64,000 nucleotides of DNA, from assembly GCF_009914755.1 (NCBI RefSeq), contig NC_060930.1; one strand, 5' to 3'. The stretch is from the human T2T-CHM13v2.0 reference genome, Homo sapiens. The stretch's first letter is position 1. Each line of letters begins with the position of its first letter. Positions 30,467 through 45,950 of this stretch are shown one piece after another. Position numbers and translations under genes: made by a program. A model generated the notes under the pieces. The model searched no databases. It was given only the letters and a program-made list of their open reading frames with translations, and was not told the DNA's origin.

Positions 30467-32687
30467 TCACCCACCGCCCCCAGGCTTCTTCAGATAGTCA
30501 CCACCACCCCGGCCATCAGTGGAGATTTCCCGGAAAACAGTGAGCATGGAGTGCCGGACTCTGTCAGCCAGAGCTGGGACGTCATCTGGTGTCAGCCCTT
30601 CCGTGGGCACTGGGGGCAGCACCCGCACCTGACATTGTCCTGGGGCAAGGGGAGCACCATCATGGCCTGTCCACCCAGGTCTTTGCCCACAGGTGGGGCC
30701 CAGCTTCCGAGTGATACTCTTCCTCAACCTTTCAGTTCTCTTCCCCCAACCCTGGACAACCATCCCTGGGCTTGCCAGCTGCCACTTCTGAGGCCCTTCT
30801 CCTATACAAAGCCTTCTCCAATCCCCAGTTCAGACATCTCCTCAGCACCCCTCCAGCCCCCCTCCTCTGGGTTTGGCATTTACTGCTGAATGAGTGTTAT
30901 TCATTACAGCTTTGTGCACACAGGCCTTATCTTTCCTGTTAAGATTAGTAACAGCCTCTCTTGGTGGGACCAAGTGCTACCCATCTGGCAGGGTATGGTG
31001 GGTGCTTAGTAAAGACTTATTGGCTGATGTGGGGTTAGACTAGATGACTGTGTAGACATCTCATGGCTCTGACACTGAATGATCCCCCTGCCTCACAGGG
31101 ATGTCCTCCCAGCCTCTCCGGACACACCCTACCCCAGAACTGCTCAAAGCCCTCACCCGAGGTGAAGCGACGCTCCTTCTTGCAGTAGAAGTCTTGGTAG
31201 GAGGACATGACTATGGGGACAATGGGAACCTGGGGAAGGGTTAAAGCAGGTCAGTCCACAGCTCTCTTCAGAGACTCCTACAATAAGCCCCTGCCCAGAG
31301 ATGAGGGAATGGTGGGGGTTGGCAGCTGAGTAGCAGAACGAAGAGCAGTAGTCACCTGGGCCTGCACTGCAAGATGGAAGGCGCCACGTTTGAAGGGCAG
31401 CATGGAGCCATTGTGGTTTCTCGTTCCCTCAGGAAACACCCAGACCCTCACCTGGGGGAGAAAGAGGGTCAAAGAAGACAAATACATATGGAGGAGTCAG
31501 AATAGGTGTGATGTTATAATGGGACCTTTGAGGCCCACTGGCCCTGCATATCAGTTTATTTACAACTGTTCTACTCTGTATCCCTCCAATCCCCCATTTC
31601 CCCAGGATGACTCACGTCCTGGGTGAGCAGGGTCTGGGCGACCTCAGACATGACACTGATGGCATCCCCCGTGCGCTTCCGGTCGATGAAGATGACTCCT
31701 GCCAGCCAGCAGGCCAGCCCGGCAGAGCCAGCCCACAGTAGCTCGCGCTTGGCAATGGGCACACAGCGGCCTGGCAGTACCTCCATCATCCCTTGGGCAG
31801 GGTGGGAGTGGGTGAGGATCGGGGTGGAGGCAGAGTGTCACAGAAGGCAACCCACCTCACCCAGCTCATCACCCTCTGGTAGGGACTGGAGGTGAAGGAG
31901 GAGACTAGGCAGGGAGGGGGGCCCCAAGTGAAGGAAAGGGTGACCAAAAGTATATGTACCCTGCTTATGAGGGCAGTTCTACCCAGGGAATGAAGGCCTG
32001 AGTGGGAGGCAAGGGGGCAATGTCCCAGAGGAAGGGGAATTGAGGATCTCTAGGAGAAGATATTCTAGGGAAGGTTTCAGGAGGGGAGGCATGGCTGGGG
32101 GAGGTGTGCCCTGTGGTGGGGTCTCACCAAGCAGATCGAGAGAGCTCTGGTGGTTGGAGACAACAACATAGGGCTGCGAGGGAGGGAAGTGGTGAGCCCC
32201 TCGCACCTCCACTCGGATCCCGTACAGGTATTTGATGTGGAGCAGCATTAGACGCAAGATCCTGTGGGGTCATGGCAAGGGGTCCCAGTGGGATCCATTG
32301 ATGTCCATCTGCATGCCTCAGCTCCCCCCACCTTACTGTCTTTCTGACCACCTTTGCAGTCCTCTCCCCATTCCCTGTCTCTGGTCTCTCTCAGTCTTTT
32401 CTACACACACCATGCCCCCTTCCCCCAATCCACTACTCACTTTGTACCCTTAGGTTCCCTCATTGCCCAAGACCCCTTGCCCCTCACTTCATGTTCTCGA
32501 CGTTGCGTCCTCGCACGGCACACACAGGGATGGCGAGCACAGCCAGGAAGAGGATCCAGCCATTGTAGAAGGCCATCTTGAAGAAGTACTTGGCACTGGG
32601 GCTGCAGAACCACAGGGTGGGCAGCAGGAAGAGCAGCAGCAGGAAGAGCAGCAGCAGCAGCATCCATGCCCCTGGCCACAAATCCAT
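30467..32687 (-). CDS. AGPAT1: 1-acylglycerol-3-phosphate O-acyltransferase alpha (LPAAT-alpha), 283 aa
   Basis: Coding exons 32687-32488, 32261-32128, 31791-31616, 31451-31356, 31229-31157, 30639-30467 (852 nt). Acyltransferase motifs NHQSSLD, GVIFIDR, FPEGTRN, IVPIV. Non-coding first exon donor at ~37005. Confidence 0.97.
31221..31307 (-). ncRNA. MIR6721: Tailed mirtron hairpin at the 3' end of an AGPAT1 intron (miR-6721)
   Basis: Minus strand reads CCCTCATCTCTGGGCAGGGGCTTATTGTAGGAG...CTTTAACCCTTCCCCAG, reaching the splice acceptor. Matches hsa-mir-6721 as recalled, not database-checked. Confidence 0.75.
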
Positions 32688-33044
32688 TCTGGCCACCTGC
32701 AGGGGATGGGGCAAGGGACAATCAGCCTGGTTTCTGGAGGAGAGTGGGGTAGGCAAGGCACAGAAGGCAGGGCTGGGGGCTGGTGCTATGAGGACAAGGG
32801 CCTGAGACACAAACTGGGGCAGGGGTCTCATTGAAACCTTCCCAGGAAGGCTCTCTAGGATGAGGGTGGTGGAGAAAGAGCTCAGGACTGCTCTCCCACC
32901 ACTCTTCCCAAAGGCTCCGGATATATTCAGACAAGAGACACAAGACACAGACATCTACAATTCACAGATACCTGATAATAAATGACAACAAGAATAATAG
33001 CTAACACTTGTAGCTGGTAAGGGTCTTATAATGGTCTATACTTG

Positions 33045-33660
<616 letters not shown>

Positions 33661-36600
33661 TATACATTAAGTTAAACTCTTAAAATGATGCATATGATAG
33701 TCTAGAAAGTACTATTACTATTTACATTTTATAGGAAATAGGCCCAGGGAGGCTAAATAACTTACCTGAGGTCATACAGCTCCTAAACAGCAGTTTCTAG
33801 GTTAAATCTAAGCCGCCTGTGTTCCTAACCACTCCATTACGCTGACACTGGTATGTATTGCATATATATATACGAACACAGCACACAGCATATATGGTGA
33901 TTGTGACAGAACACTCACAGCCATATACCCAAGGGCCAAATGGCAAGATTAAAAGTTCGTGTCACTAATGCCAACAGACACACAGTCATACAAAGACTAA
34001 CATGTTCACACATAGACACAAATTTATAATTACACCCAGTGACAGATAAAAGAATGTAAATGCATAACTAGAAAAATCCCTCTCCACCCAGGCAGCTCCC
34101 CTATTCCTAGGTAAACTTATGGACATACCTGGAATAGCTACAAAGACCAATCCTACCTCCAGACAGGCAAACGAATCCTACTACCCTTTCCCTTCCTTCT
34201 AGTGACACTTTGCGTGGGCAGGTACAGTGTGTGAGGCCTCACCAAGTGAAAAAAGGAGGGATTGGAGTAAAGGTGACCTAACAGCACTTGCCCTGGGAGA
34301 GGAAAGGGCTCAAGAGGAAGAGAGGCAGGAACACAGAACCTGTGTTCTAGGTTCTTCCTCCTTCCTCCACTCTGCCCCAGTGTTGGGGGCAGGGTAACAA
34401 TTCACAAAAAGGGTGTTCAGGCAAATACCTGTCATTCCTACTGAGGCCACAGGCACTGTCTTCCCATGATGGGAAGGGCTATGCTCAAAGGTAAGCCTAT
34501 TGCCAAGCGAGAAGGTAACAGGCAATAGAGGAAACAGGAGACCCTGCCAGTTGGAATACCGTAGGCTTTCTGAGCTGCTCCATCCCACTGCCCCTACAAG
34601 TTCAGAACAGCATCATTTCTCCCCTGAACTATGTGGAGTAGGCTCCCAACTCCCTCCAATCCATCTTCCACGTAGCAACCACAGAGATTTTTCTGTTAGC
34701 ACAGATTTTTCTGAAACACAGAGCATTTCCCTGTCTTGCCTAAAGGCTCTTCTTGATAAGTTGACTTCTGCTTACATCTTCGACCACATCCTCACAAAAC
34801 TCTTTGTTCCAGTCAAACTGATTCACTTCAGTTCCTCAGACACCATGATCTTTCATGCTTCCCCACCTTGAACATGCTGTTCCCTTTGGCTGGAATGCCT
34901 GTCTCTTCTCCTGCCTCACACAGCTCAGTGTCACCTTTTGGAGGGCTGCCTGAACCCCTCCAGGCCTGTGCTTTCCTTACACTTTTATCTTGATCAGCGG
35001 GTCTCGAAGTATAGAAATGCAAATTATTAGACTTCACCCCAGATCTACTGAATCAGAAATTCTGGGCATTAGGTCCAGCAATCTGTTTTTCTTTTTCTCA
35101 CTCTGTCACTCAGGCTGGTTTTGAACTCCTGGACTCACGCGATCCTCCTGCCTCAGCCTTCCAAACTGTTGGGATTACAGGTGTGAGCCATCGTGGCTGG
35201 CTAGCAATCTGTATTTCAACAAGCCCTCTGGTGAGTCTGATGTGCGCCTGAATTTAAGAACCACTGATCTTGACAACACACTATGTGTTGACTGGCGTTT
35301 TTGTTTCCCTCCTTAGGCTGTAAGCAGCTTAAGGACAGGGACTCTGTCTTATCTCCAGTGCCAGGACAATAGGAGATGGAGTAGGTGCTCAATAAACACT
35401 TGCTGAACAGATTCTAAGGCTGTATACCCACCCATAGAGCCACAGTTAATGACAGAGATGGCGGTTCTGATCACAAATTAGATAGTTATCCTCTTGAGTA
35501 GAAGTGACTACTAAAAGAAGTCACTGAGAAAGTAACGAACACACCAAGCCTAATGGTAACCGACTCTGAATAGATACATGCAATACATAGCCATAATGAA
35601 GGCAGAGTAACAATAATCAGGAAGAGGTCATCTCACAAGAGAAATGTACCGAATGGGATCAAGATGCCACAGGGAAAGATGCTGCTCTCATCAAATGTGT
35701 GCCAACAGTGCAAAGAATGGAGGATAATGTCCATAAATAAATACCAACAATGGGGTTCACAGCAGGATTGACCCTGTGACATGCATTGAGCTCATGGACA
35801 CAGACTGTACACAGCCACTGGAAAGATAATGTTTGTGTAGAGAGGTATGGGCCAGGGAGGTCACCAAGGTAAGGCATGCAGGGATGGTTCTTTGCAGACC
35901 TGGAGACCCAGTTACCTTCTTCTCTTAACACTTGATATTAAGTGACCCTCTTTGGAGAACAAAAGTCCAAGGATTTAGAAATGCAATGGAGGGCCAAATT
36001 TAATGAGCATACGGCTCACAAAATATACTGATGACAAATTTATAACACACATTCTATGGTCCTGTTACATCAGTGTATCATGCAAAGGCGCATACACATG
36101 TGTTCTGTGAACTGTGACTGGGAAAACACAGCAAACAGGCCAATTCAGTCAGACATCAGAGTGTGGGGTATTCAGCCAAGCCATGGGATCCCACACATGA
36201 AGACTACTGCAAATGGTAGGACCATGGACATGTCAGCCAAAGCAAAATAAGGTATATAACCTTCACATGCTGAAATAAACATGCCAAAACATAAAATGTG
36301 CAAGTAACATGAAATTATAGAACAGGTGCAATATATGAAAACTCACACACATGCGGTACTTAAAACATGTCAAAACTGGATGTGAGACATGGACACAAGA
36401 ATGAAGAATGGGCAATTCTGATAGAAAATAACACACCATTTCTACACAGCCTATGGATAGCATTGGGACAACCTAGTTGCACACAAGCCATTAAACATGT
36501 CAAAGGCACACAGACTCAATGTAGAAAACATGGCTCCCATAAGGCATTTGTGTGTCAGTAAGGGTCTAGCAGTGTGGAAGGCCACTGAGAAACAAGAGGT

Positions 36601-38939
36601 CCTGTGCCTAGATGGAAACAGAGGCACCTAAGGGTATTCCTAAGAGGCAAATTCTGCTGGCCTTCTCCCCTCATGACCCTTCAAGAGTCATGTGGGGTCA
36701 AAGGGCAAGAAAAGGAATTGGGGAAGGTGTAGGGAATTCCCTCTCCAGGATTCCCTGTGCACGCTCCCAGTCCCAAATTCACAAGGGTTTCCATTTCTCC
36801 TCCCTCCCAGGTCTCTTCCATCCTTCCTCCCTCTCAGGTCCCCTCTCCTATCCCCAGCAACCCTCTTCCCAGTCGGCCCCTCTCCTTTCCCCAGCAACCC
36901 TCTCCCCCAGTCGGCCCTCCCAGACCCAATCTCTCCCCTTCCCCTCATCCTAGTCGCTTTCAGCACCCTCTTCCCTCCTCCTCCCATCCCTTTCCCGCCC
37001 ACACCTCAGAGGGGTAGGGGGCCTGGGGGGCTGGCCCCCTCCCCAGCCAGGCTGCGGCAGCGGTGGTGGCGGATGGCTGTGTCTCTGTCTCTGTCGGGGT
37101 GTCGGTGCCAAGGGGGCGACGGGATTTGGGGGTGTCCTAGCCCCGGCCGATGGAGGGGAGGTGGGAGTGGGAGGTTGGGCCCATAGCGGTAGGAATGGTG
37201 GGGGGCTGTCCCCCCAGCACCCTCCCTCCCTCCCTTTCTGCTGTCTCTCTGAGGGCTGGGGCTGCTGCCGCCGCTATTCCCCCGCCACCCCTCCCCAACG
37301 CCTGCTGGTTTCCGGGGCCGGCCAGGAAGTGGAGGGCGGTGATGGGCAGCCTGTTTTGCCAATCGTCTCCCAGAAACTCTGGCATCTCCTCCCCACATCT
37401 ACCAGTGTCCTCTTGCGAGCCCCGCCCCAGGGCTCTCCCTCGGTCTTTGCCCCCATCTCTGGCTCCAGCTGCATCTTTTTTTTCTCTAACTCCCTTTCAG
37501 CTCTGGATCCCCTGGTGCTGTATTCCTCCTTCCGCACATTCCTTCCTTTATTCTCCATCAGCTCTCTTTTAACTGCCACTTTTACTTGGTCTCTTTTTTT
37601 CTCAACTCCGGTTATCTGCTGCTTATTCCCCCCAACTATTCTTAAGGACCCCTTTTCCCGTACCCATTCAATTCTAAACATTTATCAAGCATCTACCTAC
37701 CATATGACAAGCATTAAGTTCACCTCTCTTCTTTTTCTCTCCAGGACTCCATCTCACTCCATCTCACTCTCCAGTCCTCTGGTCTGGTTTCCTTTGCCCT
37801 TTGTCCCTCACTATCTCCCAGCAGTCCAGCTCCCCCCTCCACCTGCCTTCTCTGGCCTTTAAAGAGAAGAGATCTCTTTGGCCTTATCCCTGACCCTTTC
37901 CTTTTCCATGCTCTTTTACCTCTGTACCTTTTCTTTCCTACTTCCTTCGTATCAGTCTCCTTACTTGCCCAAGCTGAGACAACCCCTTCTCACAACATAC
38001 AATATGGGTACATCTTTTCTTCCAATGGAAATTTGGCTTCAGGGGTGCTTTCTAGAAAAATAAAAAGTGAGGAAGAATGCCGATTCCTCTGGAATGCGCG
38101 TGCCTCCTTAATTTGGTAGCCATGTATCTAGTTTTCCACCCCCTCTTCTCTTCCTCCACTCCCATTATCCCTTTACTAGGATCATTCCATCACTTCACTC
38201 TCCTTCATTTCCACCTTTCCCTCTCAATATCTTCCTTCCTAAACCTCAAGCTTCCTGAATCCTCATCTGCCCCAGTCCTTCTTTACGCAACTGCTAACTT
38301 CTCATCTTTCCTTACTCTTGAGTCACATGGGATCTTTTATCAAGGTCCCCCCTCTAGCCACACCTTTACCCTGCATTAGTTTACATGCCCTCGGGAAGAG
38401 GATTGGTAGTGGGAGGACTGTTACCTAATTCTGCTCCTTTAGTCACAGTGAGGGTCAGTGATTGTAGGAAAAGCCCAAACTCCCCGGGGTCCAACCTGGG
38501 AAGAAGACCCTATTTCTGATGGGCAAATTATAAAGAGGAAAGGGCGGGTCTAGCCTCCGCGGGTCTCCTTAAAAGGGGCGGGCTTTGTCCCTTTTGCACC
38601 ACTCACAAAGGGGTTGAGCCCAGAGCTTTCCTGCTCTGAAGGTTTAAAACGGAGTTGAAGTCAATCCTGTTCTACTCTGTGTACAACATTAAGAAAGGGG
38701 TGGGCCTTTAGTTCAGTTTTGCTCTGTAAATCACCTAATATGGGGAGGGCTGAGTCGTCCAGCCGAATGAGTTGGGTTAACACCAGCGCCGCAGATCGAT
38801 GTTCCCACTATCCAAACGTCGGGCTAATCCCAGTTCTGCTCCCTTAACTAAAAGGGAGGGGCAGACCCAAGTTCTGCTCTCTACGTCACCAAAGGAGGTT
38901 GGAGCCATTTTGAACCCTGCGACCCTAGTGTTTTCCCTC

Positions 38940-39700
38940 TTTTCCTAGCTCTTCGCCGTCTTTCCCGATGTCGGCCAATCAGGGGAAAAGGAAAAGGCCC
39001 AATCAGCAGAAAGTCCACAGCTGAAGGACCCGGATGAAGCGAGCCTAGGACTTTGAAGTGCAAGCCTCGCCAATTGTAGAGCAGTCACCATGGCGACAAG
39101 ATAGGGGTGAAGAGGTGGAACAAGAGAAGGTTAAACCCTCACAGGATTGGCCCACCCCCGTCCCGCCGCGTGCTGCGCAGGCGCGTTTTACCTAACCACC
39201 ATTTTCCGTCAAGTTTTAGCCAATGAGTTGATTTGGAGCCATACGCTCCAAAGTCCAATAGCAATCCGGACATTCTCTAAAAGAGGAAGCGAAGGAAAGA
39301 AAGGGGCTTATAGTGGGCGAGGTCTATAGGTAGTCCCGAGCAAATTGCTTATGGCTTTGGTTATGACTGACAACTACTCAGACGAATAAAGCCCTCCTTG
39401 GCCAGGCGACAGCGTGTAGCGAGTTATTACCAATCCCTTGGCATTGCACATTGACTTAGACCGTATCAGCCAATAGCCATTGTGCGAAGGCAGGACTGCA
39501 CTAACCTTTTCCCGCCCCTACCCTTTGGGCCAATCCTTTCTTTTGAATTCTTTGTGACTGGCAGGCATTCAGACCAATAGTGATTAGGAAACCTTGAAGC
39601 CTGCCCAACGATCGTGGGCAGGAGGTGGTTTCTGGTTTGTTGGGGCGTGTGTATGTGTATTTGGGGGGACTGAAGGGTACGTGGGGCGAAACAAAACCGG
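38940..39700. promoter_or_regulatory. Bidirectional promoter region AGPAT1(-)/RNF5(+)
   Basis: Ten CCAAT/ATTGG boxes 38975-39578, NRF1-like TGCGCAGGCGCG 39174-39185, GC box ~39511, minus-strand donor-like TAG|GTAAAA at ~39191. Confidence 0.8.
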
Positions 39701-39702
39701 CC

Positions 39703-41517
39703 ATGGCAGCAGCGGAGGAGGAGGACGGGGGCCCCGAAGGGCCAAATCGCGAGCGGGGCGGGGCGGGCGCGACCTTCGAATGTAATATATGTTTGGAGAC
39801 TGCTCGGGAAGCTGTGGTCAGTGTGTGTGGCCACCTGTACTGGTGAGAATCGAGGAGGGGGGCGGGAGGTGGTGGGTCTCGCTTATATACTGGAGAGGCT
39901 AGGAGCGAATAATCATACAGTCATACAGATAATCGGAGGGCACGTTCCCATAGGTGAAGCCCGACAGGAGACATAAGACTTTGCTGGTATGTGTGGGTGG
40001 GAGTATAACGGTCGAGATCTGTGGAAAGAAAGGTCTTAGGAACCAGGAGCTGAGGCACGTGATGTGCTGAGAAGAGAAGGTGGGGCGGGGAGTGGCAGGA
40101 CAATGTGAGACCCGAGCCACCTTACCCCAGAGAAGTGAGGGGTCTTAGCTGTGCAGGTGGAAACAAGTGAGACACAAAGGTTAAGGGAGGCACGCATCAG
40201 TTGAGTCGGGGAGAACCAGGAAATATGGATCACATTCAGATGAGATCTGGGAGGGGGCTGGTATAAGGGCACTGTGGAGAGGCAGACTTGAAAGGTTAAA
40301 GGGTCATAAAGATAGGGACATTATTGAGCTTGAAAGTGAGTAATGGGGGAATGTGCTAGTAAAGGGGTTTGGTTTGGAGTGATGGGGTTGGGGTTGAAAA
40401 GAGGAGACCCAGAAAGAGGTGGCTGAAGGAAATTAGAAATTAACTTGAAAGGCAGAAAAGAGAGGGCACGAAAATTTGTATGTGTTTGTTGGGGAGAGGA
40501 GAAAGGAGAGGGTTGAGTGTGTTGAGGATGGACAGAGCTTTAGGTGTTGGAAGATCAGACAAGCAGGAAGGCTAACTAAGTTGGCTGGCATGGTAGAGGT
40601 TGCAGAAAATCTGAAAAGCAACAGCAGGTTGCTTGGGAAGAGGGGTTAGATGGGATTCTGCGAAGTCTAGGGTCTGTGTCTCTCTTTTCTGTAGCTAGTT
40701 TGACCTTTTTTTTTTTTTCTCCCCCATCCAGTTGGCCATGTCTTCATCAGGTGCGTACTCAGGAGATGAAGAGGGAAATGGGGAGGTCTGAGGAGCTGTA
40801 AGACCCTCTTGTATACTGGAAACCACCTTTTTTCTCCCCAGTGGCTGGAGACACGGCCAGAACGGCAAGAGTGTCCAGTATGTAAAGCTGGGATCAGCAG
40901 AGAGAAGGTTGTCCCGCTTTATGGGCGAGGGAGCCAGAAGCCCCAGGATCCCAGGTGAGAGACTGGAGGTGTTGCTTAGGGAAGATTGAAGGCTTCTGCC
41001 CTTGGAAAACGGTGTGGAAGATGGGAGGAGAAAAATCCCTGTTAACTTTCTCTCTCCACTTCCTCAGATTAAAAACTCCACCCCGCCCCCAGGGCCAGAG
41101 ACCAGCTCCGGAGAGCAGAGGGGTGAGTCTTCTTGTCCAGTTGTGTCCCTTCCTTGACAGATTTGCCGGCTTCCCGTCTGACTTTTTCTGCCTCCCTAGG
41201 GATTCCAGCCATTTGGTGATACCGGGGGCTTCCACTTCTCATTTGGTGTTGGTGCTTTTCCCTTTGGCTTTTTCACCACCGTCTTCAATGCCCATGAGCC
41301 TTTCCGCCGGGGTACAGGTAAGAGTCACACTCAGCTCCCATCAGGGAGCCCTGTGAATCCCCTCAGGCCCCCTCCCAGCCTAGGAGCATATGCTTCCACA
41401 GCTTTCCTCTCTCCCACAGGTGTGGATCTGGGACAGGGTCACCCAGCCTCCAGCTGGCAGGATTCCCTCTTCCTGTTTCTCGCCATCTTCTTCTTTTTTT
41501 GGCTGCTCAGTATTTGA
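39703..41517 (+). CDS. RNF5: E3 ubiquitin ligase RNF5 (RMA1), 180 aa, RING domain plus C-terminal membrane anchor
   Basis: Coding exons 39703-39842, 40732-40750, 40842-40954, 41068-41122, 41200-41317, 41420-41517 (543 nt). FECNICLE...CGHLYCWPCLHQW...CPVCK; hydrophobic tail [16 protein letters not shown]. Confidence 0.97.
41007..41067 (+). ncRNA. MIR6833: Tailed mirtron hairpin at the 3' end of RNF5 intron 3 (miR-6833)
   Basis: AAACGGTGTGGAAGATGGGAGGAGAAA...TTTCTCTCTCCACTTCCTCAG: purine 5' arm pairs with pyrimidine 3' arm ending exactly at the AG acceptor. Identity recalled, not database-checked. Confidence 0.75.
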
Positions 41518-41964
41518 GCTATGTCTGCTTCCTGCCCACCTCCAGCCAGAGAAGAATCAGTATTGAGGGTCCCTGCTGACCCTTCCGTACTCCTGGACCC
41601 CCTTGACCCCTCTATTTCTGTTGGCTAAGGCCAGCCCTGGACATTGTCCAGGAAGGCCTGGGGAGGAGGAGTGAAGTCTGTGCATAGATGGGAGAGCCTT
41701 CTGCTCAGAGGCTCACTCAGTAACGTTGTTTAATTCTCTGCCCTGGGGAAGGAGGATGGATTGAGAGAATGTCTTTCTCCTCTCCTAAGTCTTTGCTTTC
41801 CCTGATTTCTTGATTTGATCTTCAAAGGTGGGCAAAGTTCCCTCTGACTCTTCCCCCACTCCCCATCTTACTGATTTAATTTAATTTTTCACTCCCCAGA
41901 GTCTAATATGGATTCTGACTCTTAAGTGCTTCCGCCCCCTCACTACCTCCTTTAATACAAATTC

Positions 41965-41970
41965 AATAAA
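41965..41970 (+). terminator. RNF5 poly(A) signal AATAAA
   Basis: AATAAA about 450 nt after the stop. Confidence 0.8.
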
Positions 41971-42175
41971 AAAGGTGAAATATATTGATGGGATCTCTTC
42001 CCAAGTTCGCCCCCACCCCCGACAGAAGCATCTTCTCCCCAACTTGAGTAGATGTTTGGTATAGTATGGTGAAGTATGGGGGTGAGTCCCTTTCCTTCAG
42101 GGCCCTCAAGGGTATAGGGGTGAGGTTGTGTCTCATACACACACACAGACACACAAGAGCAAGATGTGTCAGGTG

Positions 42176-42181
42176 TTTAAT
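42176..42181 (-). terminator. AGER poly(A) signal ATTAAA
   Basis: ATTAAA followed on the minus strand by a TGTGTG-rich downstream element (42136-42155). Confidence 0.75.
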
Positions 42182-42333
42182 CATCATTGTGGGGGGCTCT
42201 GGTTGTAGAAGAAAGCTTGGCAAGGTGGGGTTATACAGGAGAGAGATTATACAGGAGAGAGTTGGTCTGAGGCCAGAACAGTTCAAGGGAAAAAGAAAAG
42301 GGAGCTGATGGATGGGATCTGTCTGTGGGCCCC

Positions 42334-45413
<3,080 letters not shown>

Positions 45414-45944
45414 CCTGCTTCCTTCCAGGGTCCTGGCTCTGTCTGCCCCTCTCCCTGCTGTGGCCTCCGCCCTAGGTGGGGCCTGCACCCTCTCTCCAGC
45501 CCCCATCTTTCAGTCGTCTTGTCACAGGGAATGCTAGGAATTCATGCCTTTGGGACAAGAGTCCTTCAGGTACTAGAGAAATAATTATCACCCCACCCCT
45601 GGGTACTACCAGCCTCTGGGTACAGTCACTTCCCTGGGGGATGGGGAGTGTACCCTCTAGGGTCTCATTCCCTCAGAGCCCCCGATCCTATTTATTCCAT
45701 CAGTCCATCAGGGCTGCCTGGTGACCCACTGGAGCCCCATCTTGATTGCGCAAAGTTGCATCAATAGGGTTCAGGCCAGACTGTTGTCTGCAAGGGTGCA
45801 TTTGGGCCTGCATCATGAAGGCAAGGCTGGGGAACAGGAGAGAAACCTGTTTGGAACTTCGTGAAAGAAAATCATTTTTTTTCTGGGGTTTCTCATGTTT
45901 TTTGAAAAAAATTCTCAACTAAACCCAGGGAAAAAAGAAATTTC

Positions 45945-45950
45945 TTTATT
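45945..45950 (-). terminator. PBX2 poly(A) signal AATAAA
   Basis: tttatt on the + strand with U-rich flanks on the minus strand. Confidence 0.75.

Noticed and set aside
33860-36600. A/C-rich, CACA/ACAT-rich AGPAT1 intron 1 sequence
   Set aside because: No definable period, ORF or hairpin; partly L2/MER5/FLAM remnants and strand compositional skew.
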